Part shown: positions 1 through 11,820 of the stretch, in pieces
Layout of the letters: each line of letters begins with the position of its first letter
How positions within the stretch are numbered: position 1 is the first letter of the stretch
NCBI RefSeq assembly: GCF_018350175.1
Contig: NC_058368.1
Span: 131,442,001 to 131,506,000 of the forward strand
Length of the DNA stretch: 64,000 nt
Source of the DNA: Felis catus
Lineage: Eukaryota
Direction of reading: 5' to 3'
Notes under the pieces: generated by a model
Seen by the model: only the letters and a program-made list of their open reading frames with translations
Told to the model about the DNA's origin: nothing
Databases searched by the model: none
Program-made: the position numbers and the translations under genes

Positions 1-1034
1 ATTCTGGATAATCCCAGTTAATGCATCCTGTATGTAGAGGTTGATGTTATTTTTAATCTTTTTCCTTGTGTTGACCTGAAGTGTTTCTCTGGTGTCTTTC
101 TAGTATGGCAAGTACATTTTCTCTTTTACCAATCTTCCTATTCTCTCACTTAAGTCATATTTACTGACCATCTTCTACATGCCAAGCCTTCTTCTAAGTA
201 ATGGAATACAGTGGTTAAACATAATGTTCTTGATTCCTTTTTGATGGCCAGAAGTTACATAGAAATGGTTTGAAGGCTATTGATTAGCCATTTCTAGTCA
301 CCTCTGTTACCTTGCTTCCATTGTTTTGCTCTGACAATAGCAGAAATAATAGTATTTTTAGAAACTTGAATATTGGTATATTTGTAATAATTTTAGATTC
401 AAAGACCTTTATACCTAATGTGACCACAGGCTATTTTAGATTCCTATGACAAGGACTTGGAAGTGGATAATAGATGTTCTGTAGAGAGAATCTGGAGGAC
501 ACTTTGGTTCACAGGAAGTGCAATCTCTCAAGTTGGCCGAGTGACATATCAGGATTAGCCCCCTGGTACTCATCCCATACTGTTTCCCTTGAATCACTTA
601 AACCCCCTTGGAATACATAGTTATGTCTACAAGTGGACAATGGGTGAATTTCCCAATTAAAAATCAGTAAGTTGTTGGCAGAAGATAGGAGTGGATGCTG
701 GAGAGGTTTCCCCAGAAGTGTCCACTAAACCAGACCATATCAGATCTGAATAGTGTGTAGGTATTAGGGGAAGAACAGAGGTAAAGGGATATGTTAGGCA
801 GAAGGAACAGGTTATACAAAAGTTCCAAAACCGGTGAGGAATTTGGTATAATTAAGAAAGAGAAAGGATAGGTTTTAGAGGTGTCGTTTAGGGTACTGAG
901 TCAGTTCTTCCCTCAAGCTAGATGTTCTTCTAGATTTTTCAACTACTGATACCAGCAGATTTCATTTTAATTTTTGAGACACTTTGAATTGGGTTTTCTT
1001 TCAGTTGTAACAAAAAGGTTTCTTACAAGATCTT

Positions 1035-1220
1035 GACTTAAATGCCGCTGTCTCAAAGAAGCCTTTCTGTACCCCAGACTAATTTGAGTTCCTCTGTTTT
1101 ATGCTTTCTTAGCAACCTTTTATTCTCTTCCACAAGACCAAAAGCTCCATACTATATCCTCAGAGCCTGGGAAAGCGACTGGTACATAGTAGGTGCTCAA
1201 TAAATATTTGTTGATTGAAC
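1035..1220 (+). mobile_element. L2 LINE 3' end fragment
   Basis: Ends in ctggtacatagtaggtgctcaataaatatttgttgattgaa, the typical L2 3' terminus. Confidence 0.7.
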
Positions 1221-1639
1221 ACAGAGATAAAAACCTGAATGAGGAAGTAGCAACAAAAATAAAAGGAATCATGGCTAAGGAAGTACAGGGGAACATTGAA
1301 ACAGTTGAAGAGCTAAACTTGGCAAGGATTAGATGTGGGAGGTGAGGAGAAGGAATCAGATCTGGGGGAGAAGTGAATTCAAGTTAGAATATATTAAGAT
1401 TGGAGTCCTAGTATGGTGATTTACAAAAGGCAGTTATAAATTTGTATTTGGAGATTAGAAGAAGGATAATAAGATTAAACCAAGATTTTGGTGGCATCAG
1501 CATGAAGGGAATAGATACCGAGGACAGTAAGAAAGGGTAAGCACACCTAGGGAAGTAGAAAGTGCAGAAGACAATCTCTGTAAACACCATTACTGAAAGG
1601 ATATTAGACAGAGAAATGCATATATAAGAAGTAAGTAGC

Positions 1640-2032
1640 AATAAACAAAATGTGATATATCCATACAATCAACTGTTATTCCGTTATAGAAAGGAATGAA
1701 GTGCTGATACATACTGTAACAGAGATAATCTTTGAAAACAGTAAGAGAAAGAAGCCAGATACAACAGGCCATGTATGATTTTGTTTATATGAAATGTTCA
1801 GAACAGGCAAATCTGTAGAGACAGAAAGTAGATTTGTTGTTGCCAAGGGTGGGGTGTGGAAGGAGGGAAGAGGGAAATGGGAAGTGACTGACAATGGGAA
1901 TGAGATTTCTTTTTGGAGTGATGGAAATTTTTTAATATTAGATGGTGGTAATAGCTGTACCACCTTATGAATATCCCAAAACCACTGAATTGTATACTTT
2001 AAAATGGTGAATTTTAGGGTATGTGAAAAAAA
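1640..2032 (+). mobile_element. Old L1 (L1MB-like) 3' UTR fragment
   Basis: aggaatgaagtgctgatacat...ggcaaatctgtagagacagaaagtagat...accactgaattgtatactttaaaatggtgaatttt are hallmark L1MB 3' end motifs. Confidence 0.8.
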
Positions 2033-2139
2033 GTCAGTAATAGGCGGAAAATATACAGAAGACATACTTAGAGAAAAAGGTAGATAAATCAGATGGGCAG
2101 TTACAGTGAAGCCAGAAAAGACAAAGGGAAGTTCATCCT

Positions 2140-2155
2140 CCCCCCCCCCCCCCCC
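2140..2155. repeat. poly-C homopolymer (C16)
   Basis: Direct reading. Confidence 0.9.
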
Positions 2156-3534
2156 ACCTTTCTGTCTTTCCAACAAAGCAAAATGTCTTCCATAGAATAA
2201 TTGCATTTTGTAGTCTTTAAGAACATGGTGACTAGTGCCTTTTAACAATGTGGTCGTGTATAAGCAGCATAAGCATAAATGAAGATATTACGTCTTAATA
2301 TTTTCCTTTTGGAGCTAACCATTGAATTGGAATTCCCATTTTTCTTCCCTTAAGTAAACATGGCAGAAGCTTTTACAAATAAAGTGAAAATTTCCCAGAA
2401 TTACTAATGTGTTAGAAGTATTGCAAAGCAAGACAGTCTTCCTTTCAGACAGAATAGTAATATTTTTAGTGTATGTGATTATTAAATTTAAATGTTTGTA
2501 CAAAAATATGCTGCATCATTTATCATTTTATAAAGATCTAATAACTTGTGTAGAACATGTAAAATTTTTAAAATAAGTGCTAGCACATCCTTGGTTTTCA
2601 AACCAAAACCAGAAGATATTCTCAAAAAATGACCATCACTACAAAATATTGCAAACATTTTATTTCAAATGCCAAAAATGGGGGTGGTGAGCAATACAAC
2701 TTATGTAAAGCAAAAGTCATAAGATTTTCTATAAAAAACGGTAAATTTTAGAGCTCATATGTACTCTAAAGATAGCCAGAAATGGCAGAAATATACTCTT
2801 TAAATTTTGCTGAGGAAAGGTTTTCATTCTAATTAATTGCTTTTAGCCAAAACCAAACTTATTTGCAAAAATTTATAAATTCTAGCCTGAGCATTTGGAA
2901 TTATTCGCTGTGAATGTGGATCATTTTCAGTTCTTTCAGGGTAAGGACTGTTTCCTTAATTTTTTACTTTATTTAACTTGATTTTTGTATTTTAGAAGTA
3001 AACTGATTATCATTTTGGTTTAATATTCGTATTGATTAGGAAAGCAAATAAGTTGTGGAAAGTTGCATTCCCCAGAGCTTTTAATGGGATAAATAGAATT
3101 CTTCCAATGGTCAGTATAGAGAAAATGATATTATGTACTTTTTGAGAATTTTTCATTTCATACATTCATCAATAAATACAGTGGAGCCCTGAAGGGATTT
3201 TATTTATCAAGCAACATAGTGAATCAATGGTTTCTGAATAACTCTGTATCTGATGGCGTGGGCAATAGTGAGTATTATATTAACCTGCAAACATACAGAG
3301 AAGGATGATGATGAGTGGAAAAAAATATTCTCAGCAGTTTTGGTTACCTCCTAGAGGCATGTAAAATCTTCCTTTAGTCTCTTCCTTTCTCTGAGTATGT
3401 TAGTAAATTATAGGAATAAATATTGGGAAGTTTCCCCTCAAATTTTTGAATTTCACAACCCCAGTCTTCGTTTGAGACCCCATGAATTATGTTTTTTCCT
3501 TTACCATGGGTTGTAGGGATTTAGTGTGTTTCTT

Positions 3535-3733
3535 CTTTTATTTTTTTTTTAATGTCTTGTAATCTTTATTTTTGAGAGAGAGAGACAGAGTGTGAGCGGG
3601 GGAGGGGCAGAGAGAGAGGGAGACAGAGAATACAGAACAGGTTACAGGCTCTGAGCTGTCAGCACAGGGCTCGAAATCAGACTGTGAGATCTTGACCTTA
3701 AGCTGAAGTCAGATGCTTAACCGATTGAGCCAC
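3535..3733 (-). mobile_element. Can-SINE (SINEC_Fc-like), head truncated
   Basis: Poly-T, (GA)n, ggctctgagctgtcagcacag and tgagccac on the + strand; the terminal ccaggcgcccc is missing. Confidence 0.9.
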
Positions 3734-4163
3734 TAACTACTGTAGCCAGTAGTAGCCAGATAGCTACTAACTACTGACACATGTACTCAAGACCTTGGGG
3801 TGTTATTTTAGATTTTTTTTTAAGTAAAGCAAACACTCAGGCCAAGACAGCTAGATCATTTTGGCATAGATCCTAGAGCTAACTCTAATCTAAAGCTGTA
3901 TTTCTGTCTTGAAAAGTGATTGATGTAAAAAACAATTCAGATATAGTAATTATCAGTCTATCTAGAATAGTTTATTAATGAGATGTTTTAATTAGTTGAA
4001 TATTTGTATTAAAGAACCCCATATGAATCACCAACTATCAAATAATTTTAATGTAGAAAATACACCTATAGCTCTATTGAAGAACTTTAATCTTTGATCT
4101 TTAATCTTTCCTTGATGCTTTAGAGGTCACCTCAGAGTATTATAGTAGCTCTTGCTTTCATTT

Positions 4164-4362
4164 AAAAAAAAATTTTTTAATGTTTATTTATTTTTTTGGA
4201 GAGAAAGATCACGAGTAGGGGAGGGGCAAAGAGAGAGGGAGACACAGAATCCGAAGCAGTTTCCAGGCTCTGAGCTGTCAGTGGGGCTCGAACTCATGAG
4301 CCATGAGATCATGACCTGAGCCAAAGTCAGACACTCAACCAACTGAGTCACCCAGGCGCCCC
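4164..4362 (-). mobile_element. Can-SINE (SINEC_Fc-like)
   Basis: Ends cccaggcgcccc; flanked by a near-perfect TSD tcttgcttt(t)cattt. Confidence 0.93.
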
Positions 4363-4759
4363 TCTTGCTTTTCATTTTAAATAAAGGTAGTTATTATCTA
4401 ATAGAACTTTAAATATTAAGCTGATTGATTTTTATATTGATACTATGATGTATCTAGATGTGGCTTTTTGAAGGAAATGTTAATCTCCCTCTCTCCTTCT
4501 TTACAGTGTGCCTTTTTTTTTTTTTTTAGTAGTCCTTAGAGCTTTTATTTCTTTGGATCCCAAGTAGATGAGAACTTGCCATAATATAGACCCTTCTCAT
4601 TATTTTTTCCCCTAAATTGTCTTGCTTAGTATAATCACTGATGAGATTATTGTCAATATTGCCAATTTACTAAATACTTGCATACCTCAATATAGTATCT
4701 ACTATAGGCCTACGGCCCAAATCACCTTTGCCTTCTATCTCCTACTATGTTAATTCTCA

Positions 4760-5876
4760 TACTTCTGGTCTCAAAATCCCTGTAAAATATTAAAAGTTAT
4801 TGAGAATCCTAAAGAGCTTTTGTGTATGTGGATTATAAATAGTTACCATATTATAAATTAAACAAAAAATTTAAATATTAATTCATACAAAGATAATAAA
4901 CCATTATATGTAATGACATATATTATGAAAATAATTTAATCAAAACAAAAATTGAGATGAATGGCATTTGTTTCATCCTTTCAAATATCTTTAATATTTG
5001 GCCTAATAATCAAAAGATGTATTCTCATGTCTGCTTCTGCATACAATCTGTTGCCATATGCTGTTTTGACTGAAGTATGTGAAGAAAATCCAGCCAGACA
5101 CATAGTCAGAAAAGGGAATAGTATTATAATAGCTTTTCAAGATGATTTTGGATAGTTGTCTTTGATACTATACCAAAACTTGACAAGTGCTAGATTATTA
5201 AAGTCTATTACAATATGAAATCTGACACTTGATGTGAATGTTAAATACTCTGTTACATTAAAATCCATTAGTCTGTTTTTACACTTTGAGTGGTTCATTT
5301 ACTCATGCATAATTTTGTAATATATATGCATCATTTTATAATATCCTGCATTAGACATTTGGAAACTCCTGGTTCACTGAATTACCTAGCTCTCCTAACT
5401 GTTGTCATATTTCATTAAGCACTAGCAAAAAAACTGCTAATACCATCTTTTCAGAAAAGTCTGTAAATACTGGGAAGCTATAAGTATATAGAAGTTTTAC
5501 AAAATTTTGATTTTGTTGCTTGAAAGCTAAAATTTTATCATTTTATTTGGTGACAGACACTATTTGTTTGCCTTGAAGTGACAGATTTGCTTTGTTCATT
5601 TTTGTGAAAATGTCTGCCAAATAACCAATTCTGAATACTCAGTTTTCCTGGCCATTGTTCATTACATAAAGATGATATTTTTCCATGGAAAAACCAGCTA
5701 GTTCAGCTCACAACTAAAACATTAACAAAGGTTCTTTTTCTTAAAATAACCATTATGCTTTGGAATGCAACAGAAATGCATTCTGTGTACTTCCTGTTTC
5801 TCTCACATGGAGCATTATAAGATAAATATTCAATTAGTCAAAGTTAATCTTTTTCCTGCTTCATCAAAGGCATTCT
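4760..5876. mobile_element. Ancient hAT DNA transposon relic (Arthur1/Tip100-like)
   Basis: ggtctcaaaatccctgtaaaatattaaaagttattgagaatcctaaagagcttttgtgtatgtgg resembles the Arthur1 terminus as I recall it; family and boundaries are unverified. Confidence 0.55.
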
Positions 5877-6095
5877 GTTTTTTTTTAATTTTTAATTTTT
5901 AATTTTTTTTTATTTTTGAGAGAGAGAAAGAGAGCATAAGCAGGGGAGGGGCAGAGAGGAAAACAGAATCAGAAGCAGGCTCCAGACTCTAAGCTGTCAG
6001 CATAGGGCCCGATATGGGGCTCGAACCCATGGACTGCCAGACCATGACCTGAGCTGAAGTAAAATGATTAACCGAGTGAGCCACCCAGGCACCCC
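5877..6095 (-). mobile_element. Can-SINE (SINEC_Fc-like)
   Basis: Poly-T tail, SINE body and gagccacccaggcacccc head; TSD aa(g)ggcattct. Confidence 0.93.
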
Positions 6096-6165
6096 AAGGG
6101 CATTCTTAGCAGAAATTGACTTTTGTTTTTTTTTTTCTGTCTCTGAATGTGGTGGAATACACATA

Positions 6166-6166
<1 letters not shown>

Positions 6167-6200
<34 letters not shown>
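6167..6200. repeat. (CA)n microsatellite
   Basis: Direct reading. Confidence 0.95.
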
Positions 6201-6202
<2 letters not shown>

Positions 6203-6552
6203 TAAAATTAGGTATAAAGTTTAACTTACTGTAATTGTATTCATTGCTTCCTTTGGAGACAATTTTAAGTAAAATAAAATTATAATATTAATGTCAACTT
6301 ATACTTTTAAATAAAGTAGAATTATAAAAAAATATATCTTTAAAAAGAATAAATATGTAACACTGCTGGAAAATAAGACTGCATAACTTGAATGGGCCAC
6401 AACATTTCAGGAATATCTAAGGGTAGAAGGCAATTTGAATTTATTTAGAAATGAAGCAAATTAATTGTTTTTTAAAGGCCAGGGAATAAACTGATATAGA
6501 ATTAAGAGCAGTTCTCATTAGAGACCTGGAGTAACTTCAAGATCAATTAGAA

Positions 6553-6921
6553 GGAACCTCGAATGCATATTGGTAGGTGAAAGAAGCTAGTCTGAAAAGA
6601 CTACATACTGTGTAACTCCTATTATATGACTTTCTGGAAAAGGAAAACTATATACAGACAGATCAGTAGTTGACAGGGGTTGGGGAAGAGGTAAAATGGA
6701 TGAATAAGTGGAGCACAGGGGATTTCATTCAATAGTGCAATGAAACTATTCTATATGATACTGCAATTGTGGATACTTGACATTATCTATTTGTTAAAAT
6801 CCATAGAATGTACAAAACCAAGAACAAACCCTAATGCAAACTATGGGACTCAGTTAATAGTAATGTATCAATATTGGTTATTCACTTAAAAAATGTACCA
6901 TAATAATGGTAACAAAAGGTT

Positions 6922-6970
<49 letters not shown>

Positions 6971-7035
6971 GGAGGTATGGGGGGATTGTCTATTTTCTGT
7001 ACAATTTTTTGTAAACATAAAACCACTCTCAAAAA
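6553..7035 (+). mobile_element. Old L1 (L1MC-like) 3' UTR containing a (TG)n tract at about 6926-6968
   Basis: gaacctcgaatgcatattg...gaaagaagctagtctgaaaagactacatactgt...aaccctaatgcaaactatgg are L1MC 3' motifs. Confidence 0.8.
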
Positions 7036-7074
7036 AGCCAATATTTAATAATAAATATGATTGAATACAATGAC

Positions 7075-7290
7075 AGCAGCAAACATTTACATTCCAGGTA
7101 TTGTTCGGAATGTTTTATATACGTATTAACTCTTTCTTCAACAACTGTGAGCTCGGTACTGTTAGTATCTCCACCTTAGAAATGAGAAAAGTGATACTCC
7201 AGGGAGTTAAGTAATTTGCATAAGGTCACACAGGCAATAGTGTCAGAGCCCAAACAGGCTCTGGAGTCTTGCTCCTATTCACTGCCCTAC
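7075..7290 (-). mobile_element. MIR SINE
   Basis: Reverse complement of the MIR core: gagttaagtaatttgcataaggtcacacag. Confidence 0.7.
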
Positions 7291-7749
7291 TAGCACCTAT
7301 TAAAAAATAGTAAGTTAGGGGAATAAGGCCAAATATAGCAGTAATCACAATATTGTAAATGAGCTAAATGGCACTGCTGCTTTGTTATTACTAATAAAAA
7401 CTCTTGGTCTGTTAATTTTTATGCTAGTTTTTTCCTGAATTTTTTTGAAGCTTATTGCTTTATATTATTTAGCAGTTTATTTTCTCCTCTTCTGAGACTG
7501 GAAGCCCCTGGAAAGGAATGTGAGAGACTGAGTGTGTTTGTTCTTTGTAGGACAGTTTCCATGGGGTCAAAAGTAGTTGTACATTGGGCACCTATATAGT
7601 CATCTGCTAATTTTGATAACAATGCCTTGAAATTTTACTTCCCTGTAGATCCTAACTAAATTTGTCTTTTTCTTTAAACCTACGTCATAATCGTCTCCAG
7701 CTAACATTTATTATTTGCTAGTATGTTTTGAAGTACACTGATTCACGTA

Positions 7750-7930
7750 AGAGTGTGGTAGTGAAGAGCACTGCCCTAGGTCTATATACTGGCTTTTTTC
7801 AAATGCCAGCTTCACCACTAGAGTTAGTGAGCTCTCAATTTCTCAGTTTTCTTTATTCTAAAAGATGATGATAGTAATAGTACCTGCTTCATAGGGGTTT
7901 TGTGTTAAGGAAATTAGTTAATGTATACAA
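7750..7930 (+). mobile_element. MIR SINE
   Basis: ctcagttttctttattctaaaagatgatgatagtaatagtacctgcttcataggg matches the MIR core. Confidence 0.7.
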
Positions 7931-10565
7931 CTTTAATTCTCTTATTTCTAAGCCTCACAGTATTTCATGGGGAGCACAAGATAAATGGTGAGCTCCATGA
8001 CAGGTGTACTGTATAAGAGTGGCCATTTTAGGCTGTGCTCATGTCGTTTGGGTTTATAAATAGGTATTTCTCTTACAATCTATCGCCTCTTCACATCCAT
8101 TTGCTTTTAGATCTAATCATAAAAACTCCACAGAGGAAAAATCAGGATCTTTGTCATACCAATGCTTGTTTGTTTATCTCATGTCCTGTCATTATTTTTC
8201 TGAATGAATATTATGTTTTAACCGTACTTTCTAGGAGGTGGTTTCAGAACCCATGCTGCTCTGGCCTTCGGTGTTTCTGTGGATGACTCTCATTTGTCTG
8301 TGTTCCTTAGAGTAGCTACAAACGTGTTGTGATCGTTGTACAATGAGAGACGCATAAACCCACACTACACTGCACTTCAGGTTTGATTGGCTTTTTAAGT
8401 AACTACATCATACACTGAGCTTAGTTAAGTCAGTTAAAATCCAGATAAAATCCCTAGCTCTTCTTGACATAAATTGCTTTAGCTAAATTTTATTCATCGT
8501 ATAGGTGTGCAGTTTCTTTTAGAGTCTTCAATTAGGAATTTATATGTATCTGTTAAATTCAATCTTGATTTCAGCCCAGCTACCTATTGAGACTTTTTAA
8601 AAATCTTGACCCTGCCAACTGGTTTAGCCTAGTGTACATTTTTATATTATTTGCTAATGGCATACCTTATTCCAGAAAGGATTTTGGTCCTTAATTAGCC
8701 AGCTATCTTTCCTGCCCCCTTCCTTACATTTCTGATAAGCATTTCTGGGGTCTTCATCTATGACCATTGAAATATTGAGGAGACGAATATGAGTTCTTAG
8801 ACATACCTATTAAAAACCTCTTTCTATGTTGGCAGTGATCCATTAATGAGTATTAATTTTTAAAATATAATTGTTCAACTAACTGGAATTTAAATAAAAA
8901 CTTAAAAATGTAACTCTGCATCCAACAGCAAATTTACTATTATACAACCCTCCATCGCTGCAATTTGGAGAAGTACCCACTGGTATTCTATCCTTGAGAT
9001 AATTTGTTTGTCTTTTTGTATAACAGTATTTATTACCAGACAGGTGCAGTTTTCTGGATTAATGAAAACTTTAAACCTTTTTAACTCCCTAAAACGTAGT
9101 GAATTTTATATACGTTATTTCTGTTTTGAGGATTGATTCACTTAGATCAAATAATAGATGAATAGTTCCAACCTCATTTTCTATTTTCAAACTCACATCA
9201 AGTTTATTTGCAAAATATTGTGTTTTTAAAGAGCAAAGCTTTTATTTCCTTGTGTATTTTAATGTGGTCTAGTTACTTTTGTTGGATATGTAAAGTACTT
9301 TATAGAAATAAAATTCTGCACAAATATTTGGGTCACAATTTGAAATGCTTCAAGAGGTTCCACAAATGATGGGGTTTTTTTATGCCATGGGTTTCTTTAA
9401 GGTTAATTAGTTCAAATCTCAAGGCACAGTCCTGAGAGTATAATGCAAGCAGAATAAGCTGGCATTATGAAATAAAATTTAGGTAAGTCAGCATCTAGGT
9501 CCATAGATGTTTTTATCTGGGGTGCCCACTTCACTACTAATCATTTACTTATACTTTTCATTTTGCAAATATCTTTTCAGTTTAGGAAAGAATATTCATG
9601 TATCAAAAATGAACAAAAAATTATGGATTCTGTTGTCTTTCCTACAGATTTTTCTTTATTATTGTGCAGGTCCTAGCTGCAAGCTTTCTTTTGGAGAGAG
9701 ACTTTTACTTCATGTCCTGTTTTAAACTTTGTTTATGTTATATGGGATTTCACAGAATGCTTGATATCTAGTGGATTACCTCATTTAATCCTCACGTCAT
9801 CCTCACAGATGGGGAAATCGTGAGCCTAAGTAACAGGCATTCTGTTACCAGGCCTCACGCTGCTAACCTCTGAGCTGCCTCTTTCCTAACTACATCTTTC
9901 TTAACTATTCTTTTTTGGGAGGAGGGAAGGGACTCATCCCATTTCTCAGCTACAAGGCTGATCCCCAAATTGCTACAAGTCTCTTTGCCTTGTTGTCTAT
10001 TTCCTGACATATGTTAGTCTTTGGCCGTTTCTTGGCCTTGGGGTCCACGAAGGGACAAAGTGTAGAGTAGATAGTGCATGCCTGGTCTGGGGATGAAGCA
10101 TATATGGTATCCTCTTGTCCTTTTTATCATATGCAGATGCCCATATAAGGCTCTATAACCTTGTGACAATGACTTTATTTGCTGTGGTGGGAGTGGGATC
10201 AATGGGGAATCTGTAGTCCTGGGACTAGTATACCGGACACATACTTAACTAGTACTGGTTAAATAGAGATAGGGGTTACTTCAGTATGTTTGGACAGATT
10301 TTAGCATTTAGTATTATATAAAAATACGAAAAGTACTTTTTAAAAGAATAATTAAGACTTCGGGATTTTTCGTGTGCGTTTTGAGTTTCTTGTCACTTTG
10401 CAAGATAGCCTTTCTGTCACTTGAAATATGTCACAGAAAGAGATATTATGTGCTTCTCATAAATATTTTTATTCATTTTAACAAAATGTAAAGGCAGTCT
10501 CTCTTTCTCAAGGAAACCAATCTCATACTGAACTGAGAGAAATTATTTTTGCTTATGTTTTACAG

Positions 10566-10791
10566 ACTTTGAATAATGAGATGAGTACAGATGATGACAA
10601 TGAATATGCAGAAGAAAAGGAAAGTTACATCTGTGCAGTATGTCTGGATGTTTATTTCAACCCATACATGTGTTACCCTTGCCACCACATCTTCTGTGAG
10701 CCCTGCTTACGGACTCTTGCCAAAGACAATCCTGCAAGCACTCCCTGCCCGTTGTGCCGGACAATTATTTCCAGAGTCTTTTTCCAGACAG
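10566..10791 (+). CDS. RNF180: RNF180 internal coding exon encoding the C3HC4 RING finger (226 nt, phase 0 in, phase 1 out)
   Basis: Acceptor ttatgttttacag ends at 10565; donor G|gtaact starts at 10792. Translation [75 protein letters not shown] contains C-x2-C-x12-C-x-H-x2-C-x2-C-x13-C-x2-C and matches mammalian RNF180 as I recall it. Confidence 0.96.
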
Positions 10792-11073
10792 GTAACTGTT
10801 CTCTTTCACTAACACGATTGCCTGATTGTTCTGACTACAGCTTTGTTCTCATTCTTAAGGTACTTTATAAATGATTATAGAACATTATTGAAAATCATAT
10901 ACAGGATGATTTCTTATTCTCTACTTTATAAAACAGTGCTTGCCCAACTCATAGAACTGTGTGAAAATCATAGAATCCTAGATGAAAAGAAGTTCTCATG
11001 TCTAATCTCCTACTTTATGCTGAGATCTTTTCTAAGATATTCTAACCAGTTGTTCAGTCTTGGCTTGGACATT

Positions 11074-11299
11074 TCTTTTTTTTTTTTTTAATTTTTTTTT
11101 AAAGTTTATTTATTTCTGAGACAGAGAGAGAGCATGAGTGGGGGACAGGCAGAGAGAGAGGGAGACACAGAATCAGAAGCAGGCTCCAGGCTCTGAGCTG
11201 TCAGCACAGAGCCCGACGCGGGGCTCAAACTCACAAACCGTGAGATCATGACCTGAGCCGAAGTCGGTCGCCCAACCGACTGAGCCACCCTGGCGCCCC
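11074..11299 (-). mobile_element. Young Can-SINE (SINEC_Fc) with perfect TSD
   Basis: CpG-rich, full length; 14-bp TSD ttggcttggacatt at 11060-11073 and 11300-11313. Confidence 0.97.
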
Positions 11300-11611
11300 T
11301 TGGCTTGGACATTGCTAATGGCAAGGGCATTTCATTAAAACTTGAAGCAGCCCTGTTGATTATTTATTCCTCATATCTGCCTTTTACTGCTACTCATTCT
11401 TTGGGCCTTGTTATTTCCTCTGGAGTCTTTGAGAATAATTCTGTAAATATCTGAGGAAAACTCATGCCTTTCCCCCCACCCTCCATGTCTTTTCACCATC
11501 CTTATTCTTAAGGTTTTTCTTCTTGAATGAGAAGAAGTAAAATTGGAGCAAGGATTTGTTTAACTAATTATCAGTAAAGATGAAATATAATTTTTAAAAC
11601 ATACTAATGGA

Positions 11612-11820
11612 GGGGCGCCTTAGCGGCTCAGTCAGTTAACTGTCCAACTTCAACTCAGGGCATGATCTCTCATTTCATGAGTTCGAGCCCCGTGTCAGGC
11701 TCTGTGCTGACAGCTCAGAGCATGGAGCCTGCTTCAGATTCTGTCTCCCTCTCTCTCTGCCCCATTCCCTGCTCGCATTCTGTGTCTCTCTTGCTCTCTC
11801 TCAAAAATAAACACATTACA
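11612..11820 (+). mobile_element. Can-SINE (SINEC_Fc) with perfect TSD
   Basis: ggggcgcct head, B box gagttcgagcc, (CT)n, AATAAA; 16-bp TSD aaaacatactaatgga at 11596-11611 and 11821-11836. Confidence 0.97.

Noticed and set aside
1676..2248. 190-aa ORF on the - strand
   Set aside because: It runs antisense through an L1 3' UTR and a poly-C run; no coding features.
8234..8332. Alternative frame reading GGGFRTHAA, similar to the GGFRRHAA that follows the 126-nt exon in RNF180 as I recall it
   Set aside because: The similarity stops after about 8 residues, the position is upstream of the RING exon, and the phase does not fit the upstream donor. Treated as coincidence.
10569..10874. 101-aa ORF as a standalone small RING protein gene
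   Set aside because: The start is a TTG three bases inside an exon with canonical splice sites, and the frame continues properly at 20440. It is an internal RNF180 exon.
11612..11700. tRNA gene
   Set aside because: The A and B box-like motifs belong to the tRNA-derived head of a Can-SINE with CT tract, poly-A and TSD.
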